NCBI GenBank assembly: GCA_028534125.1
Contig: CM052817.1
Coordinates: 71,054,001-71,118,000, forward strand
Reading direction: 5' to 3'
Length of the DNA stretch: 64,000 bases
From: Lama glama
Lineage: Eukaryota
In this document: piece by piece, positions 63,096-64,000 of the stretch
Numbering within the stretch: the first letter of the stretch is position 1
Layout of the letters: each line of letters begins with the position of its first letter
Made by a program: the position numbers and the translations under genes
The notes under the pieces: generated by a model
What the model was told of the DNA's origin: nothing
The model's input: the letters and a program-made list of their open reading frames with translations, nothing else
The model's database searches: none

Positions 63096-64000
63096 TTGTG
63101 TTGAAGGATGGTGTTTGAAAACCACATACAACTGCCCACCTGATGATTCATGTCCCTCCAACGTGCAGAAATACATTCACCTCCACCCAAGGCCCCAGAA
63201 GCCTCATTCCATTACAGCATGAGCTCGAAGTCCAGAACTGTGTCATCTGGATCAGGTCCAGGCCTTTGAGAGCAGCACTTTCAGCCCAGTGCCTCTCCTT
63301 GTGCAGACCTGTGAAACTAAAGAGACAGGTTATCTCTCTCCCACCCCCTGCATCAGCTGCTCTGATGACACTTCGTGGGTGTGAAGCAGCAGCTGGGCTA
63401 CACCTGCTCCACCTTCCCCTCCATCCTCCTTGGTGTCTCAGACTCCCGGGCCAGACATGTGTGTTTCTGTCTGTGAGGGAGGGCTCCAGCTTCTGCAGAG
63501 TACCCTTGTCACCAAGGTCAGGAGCAGCAGGAACTGACAAACTGACACAAATTTCAGTCTGTCATCATGGGCTCCAGGTTGTGCTGTGGTTTTTAAGCTT
63601 TTCTCTCCTCTGCTTTGCATCCATCTTCCTTTCCCACCTGCCTGCCCTGTGGACTTCAGCTTCAGAATCAGACAGCCTCATAGAAACCGCTTATCCAGTT
63701 TCCACAGTTGCTTGAGACCAGATCTCGGGAACAGATCTCTCTGGTCACACATACACTCACAGAGATTCGCTTCTTCAGTTGAATCCCAACTGATAAGGCA
63801 GTCTAGAAGGCTTATCATTAGGCAGCGATGGGCAAAGCCAAGAAACAGCCAGTTCACACCATTTAACTTTAGGATTTGATGGAACAAGTACTTCCCAAAC
63901 TATGGTGGGCTGTAAGCTGAGGATTGATTGAAAATCTGATTAAGAAGCTATTAGACCCCAGGCTGTCTTTCTACTCTGTACAGCTGGGCAAGCGCCCCCT

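Noticed and set aside
63143..63715. 190-aa ORF (+) and overlapping 130-aa ORF (-)
   Set aside because: No recognisable protein, and the start overlaps sequence resembling MaLR internal remnants; probably chance ORFs in GC-richer DNA.
1..64000. CRISPR array, operon or novel multi-gene system
   Set aside because: The window is intron-rich mammalian DNA, largely explained by one spliced gene plus interspersed repeats; no repeat-spacer array or unexplained coding cluster was seen.

Overview
Mammalian genomic DNA, very likely a camelid: it carries ten copies of a tRNA-Ala(AGC)-derived SINE resembling the camelid Vic-1 family. Bases 1-32.3 kb hold the 3' part of SEC24B (COPII cargo adaptor) on the + strand. 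I traced 20 GT-AG coding exons (1154-31480; 2624 nt; phases consistent; no internal stop) encoding the end of the low-complexity N-terminal region, the zinc finger, trunk, beta-sandwich, helical and gelsolin domains, followed by a 3'UTR. Downstream are a SINE/L1 insertion cluster, a 500-N assembly gap (35513-36012) and ~28 kb of repeat-rich noncoding DNA with no recognisable coding exon. By synteny that region is probably intron 1 of MCUB, with exon 1 possibly lost in the gap (inference). I found no new multi-gene system. The findings are modest: overlapping target-site duplications, splicing oddities, a perfect intronic hairpin, an inverted SINE pair and local duplications. Repeat subfamily names and human comparisons are from memory, not from a search.
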